DNA from: a virus | Taxonomy: Duplodnaviria > Caudoviricetes | IMG/VR virus record: IMGVR_UViG_3300046010_000337 | Span: 1 to 35,207 of that record | DNA length: 35,207 nt | Strand: one strand, 5' to 3' | Shown here: positions 17,362-25,089 of the stretch, piece after piece | How the letters are laid out: each line of letters starts with the position of its first letter | Numbering within the stretch: position 1 is the stretch's first letter | The notes under the pieces: model-generated | Databases searched by the model: none | The model's input: only the letters and a program-made list of their open reading frames with translations | What the model was told of the DNA's origin: nothing | Program-made: the position numbers and the translations under genes

Positions 17362-18227
17362 TGGCTCAGTCAGGCTACACCCCAATTCAACTGTATTACA
17401 GCACGACATTGTCAGCCGTTCCTGTCAACACAAATCTTGTGGACGGTGAGTTGGCGATCAACACCAACGATGGAAAACTGTTCTACAAGGACAGCAGCGG
17501 CGTTGTTCAGGTCATTGCAACCAAAGGCTCTGGCACGATTGGCGGCACCAACACTCAGGTGCAGTACAACAACAGCGGAGCATTGGCCGGTTCGTCAAAT
17601 TTCACGTTCAATGGCACCACAGCCACGATCAACACGCTGAACCTGACGAATGCTTTGGGCGTGGCCTACGGAGGTACAGGGCTGACATCTGGAACCTCTG
17701 GCGGCGTTCTGTACTATTCGGCCACCGGAACTCTGGCAAGCTCTGGCCTTCTGTCTGCAAACGCTTTGGTCATTGGTGGAGGGGCTGGCGTTGCTCCTTC
17801 TACGATCACCACCGGCACGGGTGTTGTCACTGCTCTTGGCAACAACGCCAACGCAACGGGTGGCTTCACGACCATCAATGGCACTGCCACGCTGACCAAC
17901 AAGCGCATTGATCCTCGCACCTCAACTTCTGCTGCAACTGCTACGCTGACTCCTGACATCTCCGCGTTCGATCAATACAATCTGACCGCGCAAGATCAAG
18001 CTCTAACGGTAGCGGCACCAACTGGAACACCAGTAGACGGCAACAAGCTGATTCTGCGAATTTTGGACAACGGTACTGCCCGAGCTATCACTTGGAATGC
18101 CACTTACACCGTGATTGGCACCACTTTGCCGACAACCACGACTGCCAACAAGATGGTCTATGTTGGTTGCATCTACAACTCGACAAACACCCGCTGGGAT
18201 GTGGTTGCCGTAACCACCCAAGCATAA
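17361..18227 (+). CDS. Tail fibre-associated protein with Mtd-N-like N-terminal domain
   Basis: PIQLYYSTT...VP....L.DGELAINT.DGKLFYKD resembles the N-terminal domain of tropism-determinant-type fibres. Also GG.NTQVQYNN.G.LAG, V.YGGTG and a C-terminal beta-sandwich (PTGTP.DG.KL.LRI.D.GTAR.ITW...WDVVAV). Confidence 0.7.
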   Translation: MAQSGYTPIQLYYSTTLSAVPVNTNLVDGELAINTNDGKLFYKDSSGVVQVIATKGSGTIGGTNTQVQYNNSGALAGSSNFTFNGTTATINTLNLTNALGVAYGGTGLTSGTSGGVLYYSATGTLASSGLLSANALVIGGGAGVAPSTITTGTGVVTALGNNANATGGFTTINGTATLTNKRIDPRTSTSAATATLTPDISAFDQYNLTAQDQALTVAAPTGTPVDGNKLILRILDNGTARAITWNATYTVIGTTLPTTTTANKMVYVGCIYNSTNTRWDVVAVTTQA

Positions 18228-18236
18228 GGAGCAATC

Positions 18237-18404
18237 ATGCAGATCATTTTCAAATTCGACACTCCGTTTGGCTCTTTCTGCGATGCCTTGAACCTGCCTG
18301 ATGACCACGGTTTGACTGAGGAGCAGTTGGAGGCCATGAAGCAAGAGCGCCTGACCAACTGGCTTGCAATGGTCAATCCCGTTGTCGAAACTCCACAGGA
18401 GTAA
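18237..18404 (+). CDS. Small acidic hypothetical protein (55 aa; absent from ORF track), possible fibre chaperone
   Basis: MQIIFKFDTPFGSFCDALNLPDDHGLTEEQLEAMKQERLTNWLAMVNPVVETPQE*. RBS AAGGAG; fills the gap between two fibre genes. Confidence 0.75.
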   Translation: MQIIFKFDTPFGSFCDALNLPDDHGLTEEQLEAMKQERLTNWLAMVNPVVETPQE

Positions 18405-18407
18405 CGC

Positions 18408-20540
18408 ATGGCTGACAGATACTGGGTGGGCGGCACAGCCGCGTGGGATGGCACGGCTGGTTCTAAATGGGCGCTGACCTCTGGCGGTGCTGGCGGCGAG
18501 GCTGTCCCTACCTCTGCCGATGATGTGTTCTTTTCAAGCCTGTCTACAGGTACTTGTACCATAAGCACTGGCAATACGGGGGCCAAATCAATTACTTGCA
18601 CTGGGTTTACTGGAACTTTGGCGGGTACTGCGGCAATCAGCGTGGCTGGCTCTATTACGCTTGTAGCGGGTATGACTTTTTCGTACACGGGCACGATCAC
18701 AATTACCGCTACTGCCACGGTAACAAGTGCTAGTAAAACGCTTGGCTCCATCACAATTAACGGTACTGGAATTACTGTTACGCTTGCTGATGCAATGACA
18801 ACAGGTATTACAAATACCACCACACTGACTGCCGGTACGCTTGACCTAGCGGGGTTTACTTTAAGCACTGGTATCTTTTCCTCCTCTGGAACATCCACCC
18901 GAGCAATTTCATTTGGCGCTGGCAACATTGCGCTCACCAGCACAACTGCCGCAACGACTGTGTTGAGTATGGCAACAGCCACAGGATTTACATTTACTGG
19001 CACGGGCGGGTTTACCAGAAACATGGCGGCTACGGCAACTATGGTTTTTGGAACCACAGGCGGTACTACATCAAACGCTCCAAACCTGACAGTAAATGCT
19101 GGTGCAAGTGCATTAACATTTACAAGTGGCAGTTACTTTAAAAACCTCATCTTCACGGGTTCCACCTGCACGGTTTCGAACAGTGTCAACATTGCTGGAA
19201 ATCTGACTCTTGCGTCGGGTGGCACTTACACATCTTTTCTCGCAACTTTCCTTGTTTCTGGCACGATTACAAGTAATGGTAGAACCATCGCCAACGCAAC
19301 GATAAATATTCCGGGAGGAACGCTCACGCTTGCTGATGCAATGACGACAGGGTCTGGGTCTGTTAATAGCACCACGTTGACTGCCGGTACGCTTAACCTT
19401 GCAAACTTCACTCTAAGCACGGCTGTTTTTATTTCCAATAACACCAATACTCGCGCTATCACTTTTGGTTCTGGTAATATTGCGCTTACTAGCACCTTTT
19501 CGTCGACGACTATTTTATCCATGAACGATGTTTCTGGGTTTTCTCAGACTGGTACGGGTGGCTTTACTCGCAATATGGGAGTTACGGCAACTGTAATTTT
19601 TGGGAACACTGGCAGCTCAGGAAACGTATCAAGAGCTTGCAATCTAACAGTTAACGCTGGCGGGGCTACCTTAACCATTCAAGGCGGTTCGTGGTTTAAG
19701 AACGTTAGTTTTGTGGGCAACGCGAGCACTGTCACCAGCGCAAGTGCTGCTCCGCGTATTGCGGGTAATTTGACGCTTTCTTCTGGTGGAACCTACACAG
19801 CCCTAAATTTACAGTTCCGTGATTCAGGAACAGTTACAAGCAACGGTAAGACGCTTGGCGACGCCACTATTAACGGCTCTGGGATTACCGTAACGCTTGC
19901 TGATGCAATGACATTAGGGTCTGCCAGCACGCTCACTCTCACTGAGGGCACATTTACCGCTGCAAACTTCAATGTAACGGCAGGCTTTTTTACTTCAAGT
20001 AACAGCAACACTCGTACTTTGAATATGGGTAGTGGTACTTGGACTATATCTGGCAGCGGCGCAACAGCATGGAATACAGCCACCACGACGGGCCTAACTC
20101 TTAATCCAAGTACCTCCACCGTATCCATGACAAGCACATCGGCAAAGACGTTTGCTGGCGGCGGCTTGACCTATTACAACCTCAACCAAGGCGGCGCAGG
20201 GGCGTTGACCATCAGCGGCTCCAACACCTTCAACGACATCACCGACACCGTGCAACCATCTACGGTGACCTTCACTGCCGGTACGACACAAACCGTGTCC
20301 AACTTTAGTCTGGCTGGAACCGCAGGCAACTTGGTTACCATCAACAGCGCCACTCCGGGGTCGCAGTTTACTCTGTCAAAATCGTCCGGTACGGTCAATG
20401 CGCAGTATTTGGCGATCCAAGACAGCAACGCCACAGGTGGGGCCACATGGAACTCTTTGTTCACAAGCGGAAATGTGAATAACGGCAACAACGCCGGGTG
20501 GATTTTTACCCCAGGAAATATGTTTTTAATGTTCATTTGA
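18408..20540 (+). CDS. Beta-helical tail spike/adhesin-like receptor-binding protein with tandem repeats
   Basis: 710 aa, T/G/S/A/N-rich. Starts RYWVGGT..WD.....W...SGG.GG..VPT..DDVFF, contains repeats of about 182-189 aa, and ends YL.IQDSNATGGATW....N.GNN.GWIF. RBS AGGAG. Confidence 0.7.
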   Translation: MADRYWVGGTAAWDGTAGSKWALTSGGAGGEAVPTSADDVFFSSLSTGTCTISTGNTGAKSITCTGFTGTLAGTAAISVAGSITLVAGMTFSYTGTITITATATVTSASKTLGSITINGTGITVTLADAMTTGITNTTTLTAGTLDLAGFTLSTGIFSSSGTSTRAISFGAGNIALTSTTAATTVLSMATATGFTFTGTGGFTRNMAATATMVFGTTGGTTSNAPNLTVNAGASALTFTSGSYFKNLIFTGSTCTVSNSVNIAGNLTLASGGTYTSFLATFLVSGTITSNGRTIANATINIPGGTLTLADAMTTGSGSVNSTTLTAGTLNLANFTLSTAVFISNNTNTRAITFGSGNIALTSTFSSTTILSMNDVSGFSQTGTGGFTRNMGVTATVIFGNTGSSGNVSRACNLTVNAGGATLTIQGGSWFKNVSFVGNASTVTSASAAPRIAGNLTLSSGGTYTALNLQFRDSGTVTSNGKTLGDATINGSGITVTLADAMTLGSASTLTLTEGTFTAANFNVTAGFFTSSNSNTRTLNMGSGTWTISGSGATAWNTATTTGLTLNPSTSTVSMTSTSAKTFAGGGLTYYNLNQGGAGALTISGSNTFNDITDTVQPSTVTFTAGTTQTVSNFSLAGTAGNLVTINSATPGSQFTLSKSSGTVNAQYLAIQDSNATGGATWNSLFTSGNVNNGNNAGWIFTPGNMFLMFI
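18720..20060 (+). repeat. Intragenic tandem repeat, about 2.5 units of about 550 nt
   Basis: The identical block ACGCTTGCTGATGCAATGAC occurs at 18780, 19326 and 19893 (spacing 546 and 567 nt), encoding TLADAMT. Other repeated segments are TTLTAGTL.LA.FTLST, TRAI.FG.GNIALTST, GTGGFTRNM and IAGNLTL.SGGTYT. Confidence 0.9.
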
Positions 20541-20551
20541 AAGGCAAAAAT

Positions 20552-20731
20552 ATGTCTACCGTTGACGCAACACAAGCACGACTCTCGACACACGAAGAAG
20601 TCTGTGCCCTTCGATACGAGCAGATCAATGCACGTTTGAAGCGCATTGAGGCCATCATGATTAAGACCGCTGGCATCATGCTTGTGTCAATGGCAGGAAC
20701 CATTTTTGCTGCGATCTGGATGACAAAGTGA
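20552..20731 (+). CDS. Small single-TM protein (coiled coil + C-terminal TM; XhlA/holin-like)
   Basis: MSTVDATQARLSTHEEVCALRYEQINARLKRIE followed by a hydrophobic helix. The ATG at 20552 after AAGG is preferred over the ORF-track start at 20498. Confidence 0.7.
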   Translation: MSTVDATQARLSTHEEVCALRYEQINARLKRIEAIMIKTAGIMLVSMAGTIFAAIWMTK

Positions 20732-21207
20732 TTGATCCCATCACCGCCCTTGCTGCGGTATCTTCAGCGGTAAACCTCGTCAAGAAGGCGGTCAAGACTG
20801 TACAGGACGTGCAGTCTTTGGGGCCAGTTCTGGGTCAGTATTTTGACGCCAAGGCGCAGGCCATCGAGGTAGTTGAAAAGGCCAAGACAGGCGGGTTTAA
20901 GGGGTCGGCACTTGGCAAGGCGCTGGAGCTTGAGCTTGCTCTTGAGCAGGCGCGGGAGTTTGAAGAGCAAGTCAAAATGCTCTTTTTCCAGAGCAATAAG
21001 ATGGACGTGTGGACGCGCATCACGGCCAGGGCCAAGCAGATGGAGGCCGATGCTGCCCGCGCCGAAGGTAAACGCAAGGCAGAAGCAAATCGCAGGCAGT
21101 CAGAGATCGACGACATCATCTTAATCACGATTGCCGTCCTTACGTCAGTATTTGTTCTCGGCCTGACCGTTTACTTCATAGTTGAGATGGGGCAGCGGCA
21201 TATATGA
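20728..21207 (+). CDS. Membrane-anchored coiled-coil protein in lysis cassette
   Basis: Starts MIDPITALAA, continues as a helical region, and ends in a TM segment IILITIAVLTSVFVLGLTVYFIV. GTGA overlap with the upstream gene. Confidence 0.7.
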   Translation: MIDPITALAAVSSAVNLVKKAVKTVQDVQSLGPVLGQYFDAKAQAIEVVEKAKTGGFKGSALGKALELELALEQAREFEEQVKMLFFQSNKMDVWTRITARAKQMEADAARAEGKRKAEANRRQSEIDDIILITIAVLTSVFVLGLTVYFIVEMGQRHI

Positions 21208-21818
21208 CCGAGAAGCTCAACGCCAACACAACCCTCGACAAAATTCTGGGGTATGTGGACTCACCGTTCAAGCTGTTTGCGGTGATCCTGATGGCGGTGT
21301 TTGCGTTTGCTGGTTACGCCCTGTATGAAAGCCAGGACTTCATCCGTGATGCTTACAAGGAGTCACAGAAGCTGCCGGAGATACGAACAGAGCGTGCCGA
21401 TGATGCGGCGACCATGCTGTTTAAGCAAACTGGTGCAACGGTGGTGGCGGTCTTCAAAGTCAACCCGCTGTTCAACTCTCGAACGCTCTACAGAGCCTAT
21501 ACAAAAGACGGGCGAGACAAGACAATTGAGGACATCGACGTTGGCCTGTTCACGCACAACTCGTCGAACAACGCCGACGTGGTCAAGCTGATGACCAACG
21601 AGATTCCATGCGGGGAGTACCGCTACGCTCAATCAGAGGTGGGGCTTTGGTATCTTGAGAAGGGCGTGACGTACACTTGTCGCGTCAGCGTCCCGCCAGA
21701 CTCGCACCGTTTTGTAGGGCAGGTTACGGTTGGCTGGGCAGCGCAGCCGGCAAACTTGGAGCAAACAAAATTCATGCTGGAGATTGCCAGCGCAATGTTA
21801 ACTAAAAGGGGTGGGTAA
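21204..21818 (+). CDS. Single-TM protein with C-terminal GAF-like domain; candidate T4 gpT-like holin
   Basis: 204 aa with a short N-terminal amphipathic helix, one TM (FKLFAVILMAVFAFAGYALY) and a soluble domain with GA.VVAVF...P and YTCRVSV......VGQVTVGW...terminal helix. This matches the size and layout of T4 holin T. Confidence 0.5.
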   Translation: MTEKLNANTTLDKILGYVDSPFKLFAVILMAVFAFAGYALYESQDFIRDAYKESQKLPEIRTERADDAATMLFKQTGATVVAVFKVNPLFNSRTLYRAYTKDGRDKTIEDIDVGLFTHNSSNNADVVKLMTNEIPCGEYRYAQSEVGLWYLEKGVTYTCRVSVPPDSHRFVGQVTVGWAAQPANLEQTKFMLEIASAMLTKRGG

Positions 21819-22321
21819 TGCTTTCACTGATTTCGACTCTCGGCGGCCTGCTGATCAGCGGCCTGCCCAAGCTGCTTGAGTTCTTTCAGAACAAGAGCGA
21901 CCAAAAGCACGAGCTTGCCCTTGCGCGGCTCCAGAACGAGCGGGAGTTGGCTTTGGCCGCCCAGGGGTATGCCGCCCAGCAGAAGATCGAGGAAATCCGC
22001 ACGGATCAGGTCATGATGCAGACCGAGGCGCAGATGACTGAGGCCGCGCTCAAGCATGACGAACAGGTGCTGGAGAAGGCCCACAAGTGGGTGGCGTCCT
22101 ACGTCGGTACTGTGCGCCCGACAGTGACCTACATCTTCGTGATTGAGCTTGTGCTGATCAACGCCTTCATGGCGGTGTACCTATGGAACCACCCGACGCT
22201 GATCACAAGCATCGACGATGTGGTCAAGTACAGCAGCCTGATCTTCTCCAGCGACGAGATGGCGATGCTTGGCGGGATCATCGGTTTCTGGTTTGGCTCT
22301 CGTCAGTGGAGCAAGAAGTGA
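21818..22321 (+). CDS. Holin (3-TM GTA-holin-like)
   Basis: N-terminal amphipathic segment, D.KHEL coil, W....G.VRP.VTY.F TM segment and C-terminal GIIGFWFGSR. Directly upstream of the lysozyme. Confidence 0.75.
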   Translation: MLSLISTLGGLLISGLPKLLEFFQNKSDQKHELALARLQNERELALAAQGYAAQQKIEEIRTDQVMMQTEAQMTEAALKHDEQVLEKAHKWVASYVGTVRPTVTYIFVIELVLINAFMAVYLWNHPTLITSIDDVVKYSSLIFSSDEMAMLGGIIGFWFGSRQWSKK

Positions 22322-22821
22322 AACTGAGCAAGGCCGCTGCTGCGATGATGCACAAGTACGAGGGGTACAGAAACCGCCCGTACCTGTGTCCGGCGCATAT
22401 GTGGACTATAGGATACGGTCATGTGCTGTACCAAGAGCAGATTCGTCTGCCGATGGCCCGAGTGGACAAGTCTGTGCCGATGATCCGTGAAGAAATGCCG
22501 TTACGACCGGAGGACAATCGTGTCTGGGCCAAGCAAGAAACTGATGATCTATTCGACGCTGACATCGCATCTTTTGAACGCGGTGTTCTTCGTCTTGTTC
22601 CCGGCGTTGTTGGGCATCAAGGCCGCTTTGACGCTCTGGTCTCTTTTGCATACAACGTAGGGCTTGGAAATCTTCAGCGCAGCACGGTGCGGATCAAGGC
22701 TAACCGTGGGGAATGGGAAGCCGCGGCAGACGCCCTCCTACTTTGGAACAAGGCAGGTGGAAAAGTGTTTGCTGGGCTGGATCGTCGGCGCAGGGAAGAA
22801 AGGGCTTTTTTCCTATCATGA
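22318..22821 (+). CDS. Endolysin, GH24 phage lysozyme
   Basis: YEG.R..PYLCPA..WTIGYGH, FDALVSFAYNVG.GNL..ST, W.KAGGKV..GL.RRR.EE..FL. Likely GTG start at 22318 overlapping the holin stop (GTGA). Confidence 0.93.
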   Translation: MKLSKAAAAMMHKYEGYRNRPYLCPAHMWTIGYGHVLYQEQIRLPMARVDKSVPMIREEMPLRPEDNRVWAKQETDDLFDADIASFERGVLRLVPGVVGHQGRFDALVSFAYNVGLGNLQRSTVRIKANRGEWEAAADALLLWNKAGGKVFAGLDRRRREERAFFLS

Positions 22822-23210
22822 GTACCGCAAAGAAAACAGACCCGGCAAAGTGGGACAGGATCGTCTCCCAGGTCAAAGCAAGCGGGAAAGGCGGCTCTCC
22901 AGGCCAATGGAGCGCCAGAAAAGCGCAGCTTGCCACGCAGAAATACAAGTCTTCTGGGGGTGGTTACAAAGGGCCAAAGAAAGCGGATAATTCGCTTGCA
23001 AAGTGGACGAAAGAGGACTGGGGCACGAAGTCTGGAAAGCCGTCCACTCAAGGGTCTGAGGCAACCGGCGAGCGGTATCTGCCCAAAAAGGCACGAGAGA
23101 AGTTGACACCTTCTGAATACGCGGCAACCACGAGAGCCAAGAGAGAGGGGATGCGAAAGGGCAAGCAATTTGTCTCGCAGCCTGAATCAATCAAGAAAAA
23201 GGTGTGGTGA
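22818..23210 (+). CDS. Small highly basic protein (DUF5872-like)
   Basis: 130 aa from the ATG at 22818 (ATGA overlap): T.P.KW......VKA..KGG.PGQWSARKAQL....YK..GGGYKG, L.KWT.E.W.TKSGK.S...GERYLP.KA. The family name is recalled, not searched. Confidence 0.7.
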   Translation: MSTAKKTDPAKWDRIVSQVKASGKGGSPGQWSARKAQLATQKYKSSGGGYKGPKKADNSLAKWTKEDWGTKSGKPSTQGSEATGERYLPKKAREKLTPSEYAATTRAKREGMRKGKQFVSQPESIKKKVW

Positions 23211-23845
23211 TGGCGACAGCAGCGGTTATGACTTATGACAGTTTGGTCGCAGATATCTCGTCATATCTTGAGCGAACCGATACTGCCACTCTTGAAAAAA
23301 TCCCGACTTTCATCATGCTGGCAGAGCAAATCATCGCCAGCCAGATCAAGTTTTTGGGCAATCTGATGGTTGCTCAAAGCACGATGGTCGCAACTCAGCC
23401 GATCATTGAAAAGCCAGCAAGATGGCGAAAAACTGTTTCCATGAACGTGGTGGTTGATGGAAGGCGTGAGCCTATTCTGCTGCGAAAGTATGAGTATGTG
23501 CGCTCATATTGGCCTGACGCAACGGACACGGACAAACCGATCTTCTATTGCGATTACGACTACACGCACTGGTTGATTGCGCCTACGCCCGATGAGGCGT
23601 ATTCCTACGAAGTGCTGTATTACGAGCGGCCACAACCATTGGACTCCAGCAATCAATCAAACTGGTTCACCCAGTATGCGCCCCAGGCGCTTCTGTACGG
23701 CTCACTCTTGCAGGCGATGCCGTTCCTCAAAAACGATAACCGGGTTCAACTTTGGCAGTCAATGTATCAGCAGGCGATGGACATCCTGACTGCTGAAGAC
23801 AAACTGCGGATTGCTGACCGTCAAACCATAGCGGTGGATTCATGA
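23210..23845 (+). CDS. Head-tail adaptor protein (tail tubular protein A-like)
   Basis: MTY..L...I..YLER.D....IPTFI.LAE..I, P.FY......LIAPTPD..Y..E..YY.RP..L.....NW....AP..LLYGSL..A.PFLK....Q.W...Y..A, the classic podovirus adaptor pattern. ATG at 23210 overlaps the upstream TGA. Confidence 0.8.
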   Translation: MATAAVMTYDSLVADISSYLERTDTATLEKIPTFIMLAEQIIASQIKFLGNLMVAQSTMVATQPIIEKPARWRKTVSMNVVVDGRREPILLRKYEYVRSYWPDATDTDKPIFYCDYDYTHWLIAPTPDEAYSYEVLYYERPQPLDSSNQSNWFTQYAPQALLYGSLLQAMPFLKNDNRVQLWQSMYQQAMDILTAEDKLRIADRQTIAVDS

Positions 23846-25089
23846 GTTACAACAGCCCATTTACAGGAAACGTCATCCAGCCAACGGATGTTTCGTTCCG
23901 CTCCATCACTTTGTCTGCTAACACTCAGTTGGCATGGCCCATCAACGGAAATGTTGACGGAGACTACACGGCCAGGATCATGGAGGTCACAGCGACGGCT
24001 CCGGGTCTTGAGTTGTGGATGCCCCCCGCAAATCAGGCGTCTGTCGGCCAGGATGCGCTGATTCGCAACGTCGGAGCAAACTCGTTTGATGTCAGGACGT
24101 TCAACGATCAAGCGGCCATCGTTACGGTGGCGCCAAGCCAAGCTCGGTACATCTACATTGAAGACAACCCAAATGCGTCTGGCTCTTGGGGGGTCATTGC
24201 GTTCGGCGTGGGGACATCCAACGTCGATGCGGCGACCCTTGCTGGATACGGTCTTCTGGCCCTGAGCAACACGCTCAATGCAAGCCATCCGGTCACAACC
24301 TTTGCGTCCAACACAACGGCCACAGATGCTTTCCGCGCACAGTCCTATGTGTGGGTTGGTGGCGCAGGTACGTTTACGCTTCCCTCTTCTTCATCTCTTG
24401 GCAACAACTGGTTTATGTTGCTGAGAAACTCTGGCAACGGAACGCTGACTGTTTCGACGACTGGTGGAGACCTTTTCAACGGCTCTACAACTGTGGGCTT
24501 GCAAGCTGGTGATTCGTGCATCATCGTTTGCTCTGGGTCTGCATACTACTCTGTTGGCCTTGGGCGGGCAACGCAGTTCAACTTCACGCAGTTGACTTAC
24601 CCCGTCACCAACGGAACGTATACATTGACCTCGAATGAAGCGTCCAATGTGATCATGAAGTTCACTGGCACTTTGAGCGGAAATGTGGTCATCGTCGTTC
24701 CAGAGACGATTCAGGTTTATTACATTCAGAACTCGACTGATGGAACGGTTAACAACTACACCGTCACGATCAGAACGGCAGTGTCCGGCGCTTCTGTCGC
24801 AATAATTCCCGCTGGTCAGCAAGCTACTTTGGTTTGCGATTCCGTAAATATTTTTAACGCCAATACCATTTTGGCTGGCTCTTCATCTATCAGTTTGATC
24901 GATGGCACTGTTGGTGCCCCGGCACTTAACTTTGGAAGCGAGCCAACAACTGGTATATATCGAGGCGCTGCCGGACAGTTTGATATTTCAATTCTTGGCG
25001 TCAATAGATTTATTTTGAACGCAACTGGACTTGAAATCAATGGAAGCGGAAACTTCACAGGCGGCGTATCCGGTGGGGTGTTCCCATGA
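23842..25089 (+). CDS. Tail structural protein (beta-rich, repeated beta-sandwich modules)
   Basis: 415 aa with three similar modules (LWMPPA...G....IRN.G; FTLPS....G......RNSG; IVVP.....Y.I.N.T), then DGT..APAL.F..EPTTGIYR, ending VSGGVFP. Located between adaptor and nozzle. Confidence 0.65.
   Translation: MSYNSPFTGNVIQPTDVSFRSITLSANTQLAWPINGNVDGDYTARIMEVTATAPGLELWMPPANQASVGQDALIRNVGANSFDVRTFNDQAAIVTVAPSQARYIYIEDNPNASGSWGVIAFGVGTSNVDAATLAGYGLLALSNTLNASHPVTTFASNTTATDAFRAQSYVWVGGAGTFTLPSSSSLGNNWFMLLRNSGNGTLTVSTTGGDLFNGSTTVGLQAGDSCIIVCSGSAYYSVGLGRATQFNFTQLTYPVTNGTYTLTSNEASNVIMKFTGTLSGNVVIVVPETIQVYYIQNSTDGTVNNYTVTIRTAVSGASVAIIPAGQQATLVCDSVNIFNANTILAGSSSISLIDGTVGAPALNFGSEPTTGIYRGAAGQFDISILGVNRFILNATGLEINGSGNFTGGVSGGVFP

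Noticed and set aside
17361-20540. Diversity-generating retroelement suggested by the Mtd-N-like domain
   Set aside because: No reverse transcriptase and no template/variable repeat pair differing at adenines is visible in the window.
14359-20540. Many GG dipeptides in fibre proteins as further copies of the xxGG tag
   Set aside because: These proteins are Gly-rich throughout, and their GG contexts (GGTG, SGGP, AGGA) lack the hydrophobic/Lys-[AK]-x prefix and basic linker setting.
22183-22317. N-terminal extension of the lysozyme in the ORF track (possible SAR/signal region)
   Set aside because: It overlaps the holin out of frame and is not hydrophobic. The GTG at 22318 gives a typical GH24 start with GTGA coupling.
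22713-22817. Upstream extension of the basic protein ORF
   Set aside because: It overlaps the lysozyme C-terminus; the ATG at 22818 (ATGA overlap) is more plausible.
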